Source of the DNA: the human T2T-CHM13v2.0 reference genome, Homo sapiens
DNA length: 64,000 nucleotides
NCBI RefSeq assembly: GCF_009914755.1
Contig: NC_060937.1
Direction: 5' to 3' (one strand)
Positions 25,781 through 41,239 of the stretch are shown one piece after another (positions within the stretch are counted from its first letter, which is position 1; every line of letters begins with the position of its first letter). A program made the position numbers and the translations under genes. The notes beneath the pieces were generated by a model, which saw only the letters and a program-made list of their open reading frames with translations, was not told the origin of the DNA and did no database searches.

Positions 25781-28449
25781 GGACAAAATCAAAGTGGAAA
25801 AAAAAACAGTCAGTAAAGATAGAGACGTGTAGACTTCACATCTATTGGATCATGCCTGAAATAATTATCACACTGGATTTTGGATCTCAGACATAAAACT
25901 TGATGTTTTCTTCCAAATCTGACAGTAGCCAAGAAGGAGCAAATATTGTGGAGTGTGGGCCATGTCAGGGAATATTTAGTTCCTGTAACAGGGCAGGGGA
26001 GTTCAAGTGGTAAAGAAGATTTGTGTCTCAGTGTAGTATGCACTAAATTCTGAAAAATGGGCTGGAGCAGAATGAGGGGACCCTTGAAAGACAACTAAAG
26101 AGTGTTCATGTTTTTCCTGGGTGCATAAGATGTATTAAAGAGAAATACAGTGAGAACAATGATTTAGAAAGAAGCATCTTGCTACAAGATGCCAGGAACA
26201 GACCAAGAGCAAGGAGACTGGGCAGAGCACTGTACTTTTGTCAGTGTCATCTCAATGTATGGCATGGCCCATCTGCTACTGTCCTCCCATCTCCATCATC
26301 ATCATCCTCTGAGGTCCAGCTCAGGCACTACATTCTCCAGGACATCTTTCCTAGTGACATAAACTCATATCAGCCGCACTGCAAAGTCTTGTAGTTCTTA
26401 GATTCTATTCTACAGGATTTAACCTCAAGGGTCTTAAAATAGAGACTTGTGGATTGGAAAGGGACCTGGCAGGGCTGTGCAATCCTAATTCCCATCTCCT
26501 CCCCAAATCCTTCCAGAGACAGAGATCTTGATGACTCACCAAGCAACCCATTATAGGTGGAGGGAGCTGTAATTATTAAGAAAGAAAGTTCTTTTTTAGA
26601 CTGAACAAAATTTCTTTTTTCCTTTGTGTCAATCACATACTAAAAAGCACCAGGATAGCACAGCGATCTGCCTTTCATCTGTTTCTCTTTCATAGATTCT
26701 GTTGAGTCTGCAAGTTAAAAGTGTTTTAGGCTTTCTTTTCTGATCTGAAAGAACTCAAGAATTCTCCTCACTAGAAAAGCTCATTTAACAAGTGTTTCTT
26801 TTGACATATAGCTACTATGAGAGTTTAGGGAGACCCTAACTGATTTGTTCTCTTTTTAGTTTTTAGATTAGCTTATGATTTTACAGCTCCAGTATCACCC
26901 TGGCCTGCAGAGAGTTTAGGGCAGTAACAGCAGGGGCATCCTGAATGACAAAAAATCAACACATAACATGGGAGATCACACAAATGCAAAAGGCACTTTA
27001 GAAACAAAATTTTCCTAGGCCCAAAGCACACAGAACAGGGAGCTATGTCCTAATCAAAGTCATTTACATATATGAAGAACAGCAAATCTGTCAATCCAGA
27101 GCAGGAGTGGGTAGATCAGATCTTAGATGAAATGAGAGTCTCCTGGGTATCTGTTAATTTCACAGTGCTTGTCCATACTTTGTCCAGGGACAAGGCACTG
27201 CGGTCAAGAACTCGCCCTGGCCCTGGTCCACCTGTCAGCCCTCTCTTAGAAATAATTAGAATGTGAACCCCACAAGTATTTCTGTCAGACAACCAGCTCT
27301 CCCCCTAGTATTCCCTCATCACCAAACCACCCTGAGAAATAGACCAAAGCGAGCCTCTAGATCTGCAAATTGAGGAACACACAGACCCTTGAACACGGTG
27401 ACTTGACCAGTGCAGGGTCCCCTGTGAGGCCAGCCAGCTGGTTTCTCATTTATTGAATGGCAGAAATAAGGCTAAATGTTGCAGATACATCATTTTATTG
27501 TAATACTGCAACCGCCCTGGCAAAAGAGACCATTAACCCCATTTCCCGTATTGAGAAACTAAGTCAAAAACAGGAAAAGATAGACTAACAAGAGACAGAC
27601 AACAAAGAGTGGGTAGAGTGACTTGAACACACCAAATGCATATAACCACTACACTTCCTTCCTTAGCATTAAGTACAAATATTAAATAAGGAATAAACAT
27701 TGCATGAGGCAGAGAATCCCAATATAGTTGGGTTATTGCAAAGAATATGAAAGTTAATACTTTTTAGAAGGGTAGAGATATGATAAAACTGTAAAATATT
27801 GAAAGACTTGAAATTTTACCCACCAAGATTAACATAGGCAATCATATACAAAGCCATAGCTGTTTCTAGAATTTTTGTTGACAGTTAAGTGTCATAGTTA
27901 GCAAATATTTGTTTTCTAGAACATGTCTTTACACCCAGCAAGTAATAATTGATGCAGGTGAGCCCCGCAGAGGATTGACTGCATTTTTCTGACCACGGAA
28001 CAACTCCCCGGGGCCGACAAACATTTGGTTGGAATCAAATTGGCACTGATTTCTTGGGCATTATTAAACATGTGCTCTTTGGCCATAGCTATCATTTCAC
28101 TTTCCAGGTGAAATAAATGTAAGTGAAGCATAAGAATTCAAAGTTGAATTACCATGTGCTACCTTAAATAATATATTTCACACCAAAAGAAGACTCTGGG
28201 TTTTGATCAATTAAAACATACACCAATAATTGCAAATTTAAATATGATGTTGCTTTTTCTATCCAGTATCTTCTGTTGCTCCCACAAAGGTTTTCAGCAT
28301 ACTCTTCTTGCCTCTTCGTTTACATTATATTTCTAACTTTGTTAGGATAGAGGTATCTTCACGCATTCAGCAAACATCTATGGCCTGACTGCCTTTTTCC
28401 AAACATGGCAAAGGCTTAGAGGCACAACACTGAACTATGTCCATTCACA

Positions 28450-29150
28450 GACACAGGCTGGTTTCGTTGCAATAATAATTTCGGTAGAGTAAACAAGATA
28501 ATGGAGACAAAATGATATTAACATTGATTATTTCTGAGGCTCCACAATGTCATGGAAGACTCAGGCTCCTCTCATCTTTCTGTTCTGGTATCCTCAGGCT
28601 AGGTTACCATCATGCCTGCAAAATGATTGTTGCTTCTCAAGGCATCAAACAGAGATGTAACAAGGGTGGGGCAGGAAACCTTTCCTAGAAGCCCCTACCA
28701 CACTGGAAACCTTTCCCAGAAGCCCCTCACAAACTGGAAACATTTCCCAGAAACCCCTTCCTCACTGGAAACCTTTCCCAGAAGCCCCTAGCACACTGGA
28801 AACCTTCTCAGAAGCCCCTAGCACACTGGAAACGGTTCCCAGAAATCCCTTTCTCACTGGAAACCTTTCCCAGAAGCCCCCTTCTCATTGGAAGCTTTCC
28901 CCAAAGCCCCTGCCACACTGGAAACCTTCCCAGAAGCCCCGAGCAAACATTACTTTATGTGTCATTGGCCAGACAGCTACAAGCCTGCCCCTAAACCAAT
29001 AACCAACAAGGAGAATGAGATTTCCATGATAGGGTTAGACTAACCAGAATTTATCTGGGCTGAAGTGTATTTGGTTATTGGAACAAATTAGGGTTCCATT
29101 AACATGAAAGATGGGGGAAATGATTATTGAGTGGGCTGGTAGTCTCTAAG
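28450..29150. mobile_element. Old MLT1 (J/K/L-type) LTR remnant containing a minisatellite
   Basis: actcaggctcctctcatctttctgttctg; after the array ...tcattggccaga...ccctaaaccaataacc. Confidence 0.55.
28674..28944. repeat. 30-31-bp minisatellite, about 9 copies, consensus GGAAACCTTTCCCAGAAGCCCCTAGCACACT
   Basis: Units start at 28674, 28705, 28736, 28767, 28798, 28828, 28859, 28890 and 28920. Confidence 0.95.
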
Positions 29151-29249
29151 GTGATCCAGTTAGACAACTCTAGGCTGGGCTGCTTACATGCTAGCATTGG
29201 TTGGTTTAGCACTATCTTTTTTTAAAAGCTAGCTTTCATTGTACTTTTC

Positions 29250-29770
29250 AAAAATATTTTAACGATTTTTTGGGTGTATGATTCAGTGGCATTAAGAATA
29301 CTCACTATGTTGTGTAAACCACCCCTATCCAATTCCAGAATTTTTCATTGTCCCAACAGAAACTCCGTGCCCATTAAAAATAATTCCCCATTTCCCTGTT
29401 CCCCTTCCTTTTGGTACCTGGCAATGGCCACTCTATTTCCTATCTCTATGAATCTGCCTATTCTAATTACCTCACATAACTGGAATCACATAGTATTTGT
29501 CCTTTTGTGTCCTGCTTATTTCACTTAGCAAAATGTTCTCAAGGTTCATTCATATTCTAGCATGTGTCATAATCTTATGATTTTTATGGTTGAATAATAA
29601 TACTCTATTGTGTGTATACACACATGCACACACACACATACACACACACACGCACACGATATTTTGTTTATCATTAATCTACCAATAGACTTTGTGTTCT
29701 ACTTTTTGGCTATTGTGAATGATGTTATGGTGTACATGGGTATATAGTATCTACTTAAGTCCCTTTTTTT
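29250..29770 (-). mobile_element. L1MB 3' fragment with (CA)n at ~29617-29657
   Basis: ttcagtggcattaag...aattccagaatttttcattgtcccaacagaaactccgtgcccattaa. Confidence 0.8.
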
Positions 29771-30046
29771 AGTACTATCTTTAATCTCACTGAAACTTAG
29801 GGACAAACGGGATGTTCTTAACCTGTTGCAGATGTTTTATAAGTGATAAAGCATCTGTAAAGTACTGAATATAGAGCACATCACAGGTGCTTCAGAAGTG
29901 ACACCTGCTGCCATGGTCTGGTCTTTATTGCTGTTTTGTTTGTTATTGTTAGAACACAGAGGCAGAGCTCAAAAAAGGGATTCCTAGCTCAGCCTGAGGA
30001 TTCAGAAGTATGCAAGCTGTGCTTTGAAGATCAGTTAAGAGTAGTA

Positions 30047-30435
30047 TGTATATCAGTTTGCTAGGGCTGCCATATCAAAGTACCACAGACTGGAGTGGCT
30101 TAAACAACAGAAATTTATTTTCTCACAGTTCTGGAGTCTGCAAGTCCAAGATCAAGGTGTCAGTAGGGTTAGTTTCTTCTGAAACCAACCTTGGATTATA
30201 CTTGGCCATCTTCTCCCTGTGTCTTTCTGTGGTCTTCCTTCTCTGTGTGTCTGCATCCTAATCTCTTCTTCTTATAAGGACATCAGTTATAATGGATTAG
30301 GGCCCATCCATATGACCACATTTTACTTTAATCAGCCCTTTGAAGACTCTATCTCCTAATATAACCATATTCTGAGGTGCTGGAAGTTAGGACTTCAGCA
30401 TATGAATCTGCAGGGAGAAAAGAGCCCACAGCCAC
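30047..30435 (-). mobile_element. MLT1A/B-type MaLR solo LTR
   Basis: tgtatatcagtttgctagggctgccat...ggcttaaacaacagaaatttattttctcacagttctggag. Confidence 0.85.
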
Positions 30436-30651
30436 ATCATAGGGCCTGGTGACTACTGATCTTTTGAAGGAGTTGCCAGCAATCTAAATGATTGACTGAA
30501 GAGAAGGGGTCAGATCAGATCTGAGTTTTCTACCTATCAGTCGGGAGCATGGTGGAGGCTGGGTTGAAGGGAGGAAGGGCGGAACACTAGAAACAAGTTG
30601 GAGGGTTATGATTATTGTTCAGATATCATCATATGATTCAGGCTAGAACTA

Positions 30652-31024
<373 letters not shown>

Positions 31025-32116
31025 AATAAGGAAAAGGAAAGAGCATTTGTTAATGGTTTGGGCAACAGGGTATGACACTGTTCTTGAAAAAGAGGAAGCT
31101 ATTTGAAGAATGGGTTCAGCAGGAAGAGCAAGTGCTATGTTCTCTTTTGCACAGGTCATAATTGACAAATACAAGACATTTGAGGGGGACTGTCTACTAG
31201 TTGGTTACCTATAAATAAGGATTTAGTGTTTACGTGTGAGGTCAGTAGAAATAGAAATTTTTAAAAATCACAATGAAAAATGGATTAATGGGTATGGGTG
31301 AAACTACCCAGAGGGTATATACAGAGGGCTCAGGCCTATACCCTGGAGGAGCTAATGCTTAAGAAATGAGCACACTAATAGTTAATAACTAATGAACAAA
31401 TAAACAAGAAGTGACCAGAGATGGGCAGGAGGAGACAGAGACATAGAGCCCCATCATGACACACAGAAGAATGTGAAGCACAAGTCAGTAGCGTCCAGTG
31501 TGACAGAGAGGACAGACACTGGCAATTAATCAGTTGTTGGTACTTTAGTGAGAGCAGTTTGTGGCCAAAACCAGATGAATATGAATTAAGAAATTATTGG
31601 GAGACAAACAAGACCTGGATGTAGGCTGTTCTTTTTCAGAAGCTTGCCTGTAAATAGGGCATAAGAGGTAGATTTTCAAGTTGTTTTTAAATTGAAGATA
31701 TTTGCACATGTTCAAATGCCTAAGGTAAACAGAGTGACTGAAGGAACAAGGTCCCCTGCAGAGGGAGGAGAGGAAGTGGGATCTATAAGGAGCTGAGGCA
31801 AAGAAGTCTTGGGAGGCATTTTAATGGCCCCTATTTTTTCTGTGAAATAGAGAGCAAATTCATCAGCTGAAATGTTTCAGCACAGAGCTGGGCATATGGT
31901 ATTTGCTCAACAGATGCTTATTTAATTATTGGTGGAAGTATATGACATTTGGATTTGGAATGAGCATAAGAGGTCCAGAGGCAAGAGTGAGTTGGGCAGC
32001 GGGTCTACACTGATGCCAGGGGTCCACAGGCAAGATCCTGACTTACCTAGTTCAGTCAGAGCAAGGGGAATTTTTAAAGTCTCTAAGTGATTCTCATTGT
32101 AGTCAAGAGTGAATCA

Positions 32117-32443
<327 letters not shown>

Positions 32444-34467
32444 CTAAAGGTAAACTTGAAACATGCTTAGAGTAAGGAAAGGCTACTTTTTAATGAGCTA
32501 ACAGATGTGATCTAGGGAAGAAATTGTTGCCTATAATAATGTAAAATAGGATTTAATCACATCTCTTTTTCATTTCCCTTGAATTATCAAATTCTGTTTA
32601 TGTAAAACAGAGAGCAAAAGACAAATAATTACAAAGAGATTGAGAGTAATAACAAAACATTGTGTAATATACCAGACATTAACAATGAAAATTGCCCATC
32701 TCTCTGCCTAACTATATGGCCATTGACAGAACATATTAAAAGGAAATAAAAATAACTTTCACTTAGTGCCAATCACATGTCAAGCATTGGATTTGCTTCC
32801 TTCATATGTTGTCTCATTTAACCTTCTCAACAACCCATTTTACCGATTTCTAAACTAAGACTCAGAAAGTAGCCTCATTTGTAAACAAGAGGAAGGGCAG
32901 CGTCCTGGAGTTTCAGAAGACTTGGAGAAGAGTTGGGAAGCCCAGGATCAGGGGAATTCACTAGTTTCTCCCTCTCAGTAGATAAAAGCCTTAGGAAGTA
33001 ATCAGAGGATAGAAATATGACTTCCATTTGCAGATGTAAATATTTAAAGTACTGTACATTTGTTTAACACCTGCTACGCAATTCACCCTCTGTTGACTTT
33101 GACATTTCATTATTTTAGAATGACCTTTGCCCTTTAGCATAACACAAATCCATTAAAAGGAATGGTGACAGAAACTCAAAAGGGTTGTGTGAAGATCATG
33201 ATGGTTTTTATACCCCTGTGCCTCTGCTTTCGATCAATTTTTCTCTTCTATCCCAGTAACATGGTTATCCAAGCCAGATAAAAGCAGAGAAAATGGCTCT
33301 TCCCTCTCATTTTTGCTAGCATGTCAAAATAATAAATAGGTTAATCATAGCAGTCATTTTGACTTAGGACATCTTAGGCACACCTTTGGGAGTGCAGAAA
33401 CATTCCCAGGTTACTATTGAAGAGTTCCAGCTCTTAGCCAGAAAAGAAAATCTACTTTTCCCTTTTTCCTTTACTTGTGTGAAGTCAGTGTTCTAGGAAG
33501 TATTGAATCTGTCTAAGAAACCCTGCAAGGCAGCTCTGAAATTTACAGCCTGGCAGCAAGCTTTTAAAAAATGCACCAGGCAATCTAGAGTAAGCTTTTA
33601 TTGTAATAAAAGACACAGGTGGAAGATGAATAGTCAACGCCATTGATTTTGACACCACCAGAGAACTGTGTCTTGCGTGTAGAGTGTATGTGTCACTGTC
33701 TTTTGAAATTGAGTCTGTGGCTGCTACTACTATTGTCTCCCATGGCAACCTACCATCATCCTAGGACCTCCATCAATAGGCATTGAGGTCTGGTGGGCAG
33801 AAGACTGGGTAGAGACCTAAAGTTTAGTCATTGATCTCCCACATACCCTGGTTCCAACATCTGCAGTGAAGAGATATCATCAATTCCTCCCTCTCTACCC
33901 CCTTGTTGATATGACAAAGGATCTAACATGTTAGGCAAAACCAAGGCTTCTATTGCATTCTATGTTTGGCTAATTTATTTCTTAATGGGTTAAGAGTGAA
34001 ATAATTAGAAGCAGTTAGATATTCATTTATTGAATCTCTTTGGTCTGCATGCAGCCTGTGCTAAGGAATAAATAAATAAAGATGTGACAAGGTCAGAAGT
34101 TTGTTCCTTATATCTAATCAAGATCCTGGAGTTGGAAGTAGGTCGTTACCCTTCTTGTGAAACTTCCATCTATGCATTTGCTATGCACACAAGGATCTGA
34201 AGTCCTCTCATCCTTTCTTTCAGCATATATTTGTTGTTGAAAATATGTATTTGCTATGCATTAGATGTTGTTCTGGTCACTAGACGGTAAAAGATAATTT
34301 TTAGTACCTAGCTTCAAAGAGCTCAATGCCACCATATACAAAAGGCAAGTATAGAGATAATCAAGTATTGTGGAAGCTGAGAGGAAGAAGCTCTTAGCAA
34401 TTCTCCAAATCCATGGTAAAATTTAAAAAGAGGTATTTGAGATTAATCCATTACATGACAACTCATG

Positions 34468-34828
34468 TGTATTAGTTCATTTTCATGCTGCTGATACAGT
34501 CATACCCAAGACGGGTAATTTATAAAGACAAAGGGGTTTAATAGACTCACAGTTCCACATGGCTGGAGAGACCTCATAATCATGGCAGAAGGTGAAAGGC
34601 CTATCTAACATGGCAGCAGGCAAGAGAGAATGAGAACCTAGTGAAAAGGAAAATCCTATATAAAGCCATCAGATCTCGTGAGACTTATTCACTATCACAA
34701 GAACGGTATGGGGGAAACTGCTCCCATGTTTCAGTTATCTCCCACTGGGTCCTACCCACAACACGTGGGAATTATGGGAGCTACAACTCAAGATGAGATT
34801 TTGGAGGGGACACTGCCAGACCATATCA
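34468..34828 (-). mobile_element. THE1 (MaLR) solo LTR
   Basis: tgtattagttcattttcatgctgctgat...gactcacagttccacatggctgg...accatatca. Confidence 0.9.
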
Positions 34829-34918
34829 ACTTGTTACTTTAGGAAGATCCTAATGTGATGCACATGAAAACAGGAGAATCCGGTGGTTAGATAACTGGCG
34901 TGTAATATGAAAAGGGAG

Positions 34919-35359
34919 TGTATTAGGGTTCTCTAGAGGGAAAGAACTAATAGGATAGATGTATATATAAAGGGGAGTTTATTAAGTATTAAACTCACAT
35001 GATTACAAGTTCCCACAATAAGCCATCTGCAAGCTGAGGAGCAAAGAAGCCAGTTCGAGTCCCAAAGCTGAAGAACTTGGAGTCTGATGTTTGAGGGCAG
35101 GAAGCATCCAGCATGGGAGAAAGATGTAGACTGGGTGGCTAAGCCAGTCTAGTCTTTCCACGTTCTTCTGACTGCTTTTATTCTAGCCATGCTGGCAGCT
35201 GATTAGATTGTGCCCACCCAGATTAAGGGTGGATCGGCCTTTCCCAGTCCACTGACTCACATGTTAATATCTTTTGGCAACACCCTCACAGACACACCCA
35301 GGATCAATACTATGCATCCTTCAACCCAATCAAATTGACACTCAGTATTAACCATCACA
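34919..35359 (-). mobile_element. MLT2A (ERVL) solo LTR
   Basis: tgtattagggttctctagagg...cagtattaaccatcaca; perfect 5-bp TSD gggag at 34914-34918 and 35360-35364. Confidence 0.92.
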
Positions 35360-35730
35360 GGGAGAAAGGTGAAAGCGAGAAGGGAGAGAAAGCAAGAAGT
35401 GTAAAGGGTAAGGTAAGTGGGTAAAACTTGCAGAGAAGGAAAACTGAGGAGCAGGAAGTGATTAAGCAAAATAGTATGGGGCCAAATTACAAGAAAAGGG
35501 CTGTCAGAACATATCACTGGTTGCTTAATTTGTGCCACATATGATTTTGTAAATTAGATTTGTATAAGTAAATGCCATCCACATACATGATTTATATTAT
35601 CAATTTGTTTTATTGGCATTATTCCCAAGAATGCTGAAAAACATATCAGCAGAATTGGAAAGAAAGTTTCTAGGCAATAGTCACTCCTTTTCATCATAAA
35701 TCTGCACTAGAGCCCAACTGTCTTCTCTAA

Positions 35731-36206
<476 letters not shown>

Positions 36207-36219
36207 ATCTCCCTGTTTT

Positions 36220-36565
36220 TTCTTACTGCTGTTCTCCTTGTCTAATAGTCCAACTTACACTCTTCCCCACCCTTCCCCACCCTCCCTCAGTCTTTCTTCT
36301 CTACTTAACTGACTTCTAGCAATTCTAGCAAACTTCAAAAACGCAGCCCCAGTTATCTCTGCTCCCCTTTCCCTGCCCGGACTGACTTAAATGCTCTTTC
36401 TTCAAGATTTCATTGCACTTGGTACATGTTTCCTATTTAGCCGTCATCACACTGAATGATAATTGCAAGTGTTGCTTGTCTGTCTTTCCTGAAGTCTGGT
36501 ATCAAGTACAGAGTCCTATATCTCACAGGTACTCAGCATATGTTGGCTGATCAAATGAATGAGTA
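36220..36565 (+). mobile_element. L2 3' remnant
   Basis: Ends ggtactcagcatatgttggctgatcaaatgaatgag. Confidence 0.55.
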
Positions 36566-39500
36566 CAGAAAATGATAATGCACTTTTAACTGTCAGTGAA
36601 GTCAAGAGTTGAGAATATTTAGTTCTGCTGAGTCTTGCATTGATCTTCAACGGCTTAGTCATTCAAAAGTTATACTAACATGAAGGGTTAAGTGTCTGAC
36701 CCATACGTTTTTAGTCCCAAAGGTGCTATTATGAGCATTATATTTTTTATAAAGTTTTAAGTCTTCTAAATTTTTTACACTATGATGATGTTATTAGTTA
36801 GCCTTTAAAAATAATGACTTTTAAAGCCCCCGTTTTCTCACCAACAACAAAAATGGAAGTCCAGATCCAGTCTTCTTGTGGTCTAGGTGTATGGGCCAGG
36901 GGTGCAGCAGATGACTTAGGAGAAATGGGGAAGAGACTGGTTGTCCAGTCAATATAATTTTGTAATAACGTTTGGAAACCACTGGTTTCTGAGACACTGG
37001 GTTTGGTTTGTTGATATGGAAATGGTAACCTATAAGGGTTAGCTTGGAAGTGTGTGGAATAGTGTTAGTAAATACGTACAGTCTAATGCAAGTTTAGAAG
37101 AACAAATATATTTTTTCTGGGTCAAAATGTTTCAAATATTCTTAAGACTTATACATAACAAATATATGTGAAGGAAAATAGATGGATGTATAATATGCAA
37201 GCAGTAGACACATCTTTCTGCCAAGAGTCAGAATGGGTTTATTCAATAAAGAACCACTAGCCTTTCTCAGAATAGTCTAGTGTCAGTATAGTTGTTAGTC
37301 TTGGGGTTCTGACCCAATTCCAACTAAGTAATTTTATTCTGCCTGCTTAAATTTCCCTACCATTACCACTCGACACAGAATTCTTCTTCATTTCTTGCTC
37401 CATCTAAAGTGTGATTCCATCCTGAAAAAGAGCTTCATGCACCACTCTAAAGGTGACTGCTTTGCTGTGATGAGTGAGGCAATTTTGTTATGTTAAGTGC
37501 TTTGGGGAAAAAAGCACTTATAGTGCTCCCGTAGAAACGCAAGCTAATATTACTCAATGAGCCTTCCTTTCAGCTGTTGTGCAGTGTGGCATTTTCAAAA
37601 TGAAGAGGCCTTCCCCCATTGCAGTTTATTTATGTGATATATTCAGAATGGACCTATTTCCTAAAGGCATCTGGGAATATGTGTAGAAGAAATATGAAAG
37701 AAACAAAAATTAAACACAGATGAAGTTAAACAGCTAACAGCGGAGAGGCTAGTGGGGTTGCTAAACTGCAACTTCAAACCTAGATCTGAAATTCTGAATG
37801 ATTAAGAAGAATGGAAAATAATTACACAAGGATCTTCCAGCACATCTGCCACCTTGCTAAGGTCTAAATTGCAAATGATGTTAGTAGTTCCAAGAGGTAC
37901 TTAGGGTAGGCAAATGTGTCCATACTAACTACAGAATTCAGAGCTTCATAGACTTTAGAATAAATAATTTTTGCAAATTTATTGAATATTTACATGCAGC
38001 ATTTAAAAGACAGCCACATTTTTGAAAAGTGTAGCAGCCAACACATTGAATATACATAGATATAATTCCTTTCTAGAACACATCAGCATGCTTTTTCTTT
38101 AAAATTAATCCCTTTCATTGTCTTTTAGTAGCCCCAAATTATCTATTCCCTTTCTTAGAATAATCTTTTAGCCTGTTTTTAAGGTACATGTTTGCTTTGA
38201 AAAAGTGGTATTATTGATCTTTAAATACTGAAAGGTGTCTTAAGGTTAATTCAAGAGTATTAGCAAAAATAACCTTACCTAAGTCTCTTGAAAGCAGGTG
38301 AGGACACAGATAGGAAGGCACTGTAAATCAATTGTTGGAGTGTTGACTCTATCATCAAATAGCAGATATTCTGATTTTTTTTTCTATTTCATTCCTAAGT
38401 GAGGAGGCATTTTCTCCATCTTTTCGTCTGAAAATCTGGCATAGGTACGTAAAGAAAATAAGAGGAAATCTTTCAGAAGAACATCAAGGCCTGTGACATG
38501 GGATGCTTTATTTGACAAAGACAACAAAGATTTCCCTCACTGAAGAACATCTCTCATATTTCATGACTCTTATTATAACGTTGTGACAAATTCTGGAAGC
38601 ATTTCCTGGCCTTTCACATTGCCTCTTGAGTATGGACATTTTAACGTACTTACTAGTGTTTAGAAGCAGAGATGTTAATGGTTGAAACCTTGGAAGCCAG
38701 GGGCTCATGGGCTGGGAGGGCATCCAATTCTGTTCTCAGTACAGAACCTCTCACTCCATTAAGCTTGTTTTATTTTTATTTTTTTCAAAATGAGGCGAAG
38801 AATAACATCGACCTCTTAGAATCAAGAAGATTAAATGAAATACTGCATGTACCACTTCCTGCAGGTACATAGGAAGTGGATGTTAACAGGTGGCCCCTCA
38901 ACAACTGAGCCACACGTTCGCTTTTGAATCTGGATAATGACTATGTGATGAGCCTATATATATCTATACCTTCATCTTTTATTATTGTCTCCTCAAAATG
39001 TCTGTAATCATTAACACAATGTCACGCACAGCTAGATAATGCTGTCCCCATGGTTAAAGTCCTGCTTCACTGGCATTGTGGTTTCAGGATGGATTCATGG
39101 GACTGTGACCCGTTTTCCTGTGATATTGATGTCTTCCTATTCGTTCTTGAAAGCCTACCTTTTATACCAATTTTTCTTTGCTTTAACATTATTTTGAGAG
39201 GAAACGGTCTTAAGAATGAAGCTAGAAGTAAAGGTCAAGTATTTTTGTGGCAGGGCACAAATCTCTGCAGTCCTTCTGTCTTTTTAATCAGCTACCCCGG
39301 TGCACATTGTCCCAACCCACACAGCTTGTGTTTGCTTCCGTGGGCTGCATCCCTATAGCTTTCATTTGTCTCGACCACCTGCGTCTTTCACTCTGACACT
39401 GAACACCTGTGTCCACTTTTGTCCCCAACCTGAGCCTGAGTCTGGGATCAGTTTGCCTCTGCCCACTTTCTCTTTGGTCTATCTGGACACCTGCCCAATA

Positions 39501-40701
39501 CTCCTGACCTGATTGACCCCAGGTGCTTTACTGCGCTCCCTCCTAGTTGACCAAACTAGTCATAGATTCATATGATTTAGGAACTAGAAAGTCTATCAGA
39601 TATCTACAAATTTAAGCATTTAATTTTACAGATGGGAATTCGTGAGCTCAGTGTCAGATGTTGATGTTGTGGTGCAGGCAGGACTAGAGCCTCTGTCTCC
39701 TTCTTATGTAATTAAACCCCTTTATGATTGCAAGGGGGAAACAAATGATCTGTTTTAAAACCTAAAAGTTTAAATCTACACATAGAATGTCTGCTTGAAT
39801 GTCTGTTTTTCAAGTGTAGGAAATATATTACATTGTGGAATCAGAGCTATATTTTTTGCCTTCATTTATCTCTCTATGAGAATTCTATACCTAAGTGTAT
39901 GTTTGAATTTTTATGTTTATTAATAAAATGTGTTTACTATACTTTGTTCTTCAATGAATAAATAACTGTCAATTTAAAGAAATCTATCTTAAGTAGATAA
40001 TCAGAAATAGGGACAAATCTGAGATAAGGAGTATATTTTATAATAGTGCAAAATCAGGTAAGAATCTAAAAAGCCAACAATAAGACAATTGCTACAGAGG
40101 TCATAGTGCATTGCTGATAGGGAATATCATGCAGCCAGTAAAAAGGATGCTTTCATAGAATAATGAGGGGAGTATCTAACTATATTGCTATTGAATTGAA
40201 AACAAAGGGTAAACATTGCATACATAGCCTGATCCTAATATTGTGCCTATTAGAGTTAACATCTGAAAGGAAGTATCACAAAATATTCGAAGTATCTCTG
40301 TCTTGGTTAGTTACAGATGATTTTTATTCTCCTCCTTGTCTTCTTTTTCCAAATAGTGTGTGACAAACACATACAAAGAAAACATTTGAAGTTTTAAAAA
40401 TCTAATAAAAATGTAGTTATGTCTTTCTGAAAAACAAAGTTACTTTTCACTTTGTCGCTAGGGGGAAGTGTTCTTACTCCAATCATATGCATCTTCTAAG
40501 ACCAGAATATACCACTGCATTCTCAAAATCAACAAGGCTACTTTTCCATGGGAAGTTCTGAAAGAGTCCGAACACTAAGAGAAGTGGCAGAAAGAGAAAG
40601 TATGGGCCCACAGCTTTCAAGATGAGGGCTGCTGGCTGCAGTTCCCAGGGGCACTTGTTTGTTTAATGCAGCCTTATAAAGGACCAGAGACAGAGAAGTA
40701 T

Positions 40702-40707
<6 letters not shown>

Positions 40708-40734
<27 letters not shown>

Positions 40735-41019
40735 CTGAGACGGAGTCTCGCTCTGTCGCCCAGGCTGGAGTGCAGTGGCGCAATCTCGGCTCACTGCAAG
40801 CTCCAGCTTCCCAGGTTCATGCCATTCTCCTGCCTCAGCCTCCCGAGTAGCTGGGACTACAGGCTCCCGCCACCATGCCCGGCTAATTTTTTGTATTTTT
40901 TAGTAGAGACGGGGTTTCACCGTGTTAGCCAGGATGGTTTTGATCTCCTGACCTCGTGATCCGCCCGCCTCGGCCTCCCAAAATGCTGGGATTACAGGCA
41001 TGAGCCACCGCACCTGGCC
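40708..41019 (-). mobile_element. AluY
   Basis: Long poly-T; 18-bp TSD acagagaagtataatttt at 40690-40707 and 41020-41037. Confidence 0.95.
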
Positions 41020-41084
41020 ACAGAGAAGTATAATTTTAATTCCCTGGAGCAGACGGTGATTCCCTTGCCTCACACTTGTTAAAT

Positions 41085-41099
41085 ACACACACACACGCG

Positions 41100-41136
<37 letters not shown>
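41085..41136. repeat. Compound (CA)n(CG)n(CA)n microsatellite
   Basis: Seen directly. Confidence 0.95.
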
Positions 41137-41138
<2 letters not shown>

Positions 41139-41239
41139 CATCATGCCCACTTCTCTGAGACTTCTGCAGGTCTCCTTGGCTAGAATGACAAGTCCAGGCA
41201 AATTCACTAATGTTATTTTTCACCTGTCCTGAATAGGAC

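Noticed and set aside
28674-28944. CRISPR-like array
   Set aside because: Eukaryotic context, no cas genes, and the variable parts are ~9 bp and related to each other; it is a tandem minisatellite.
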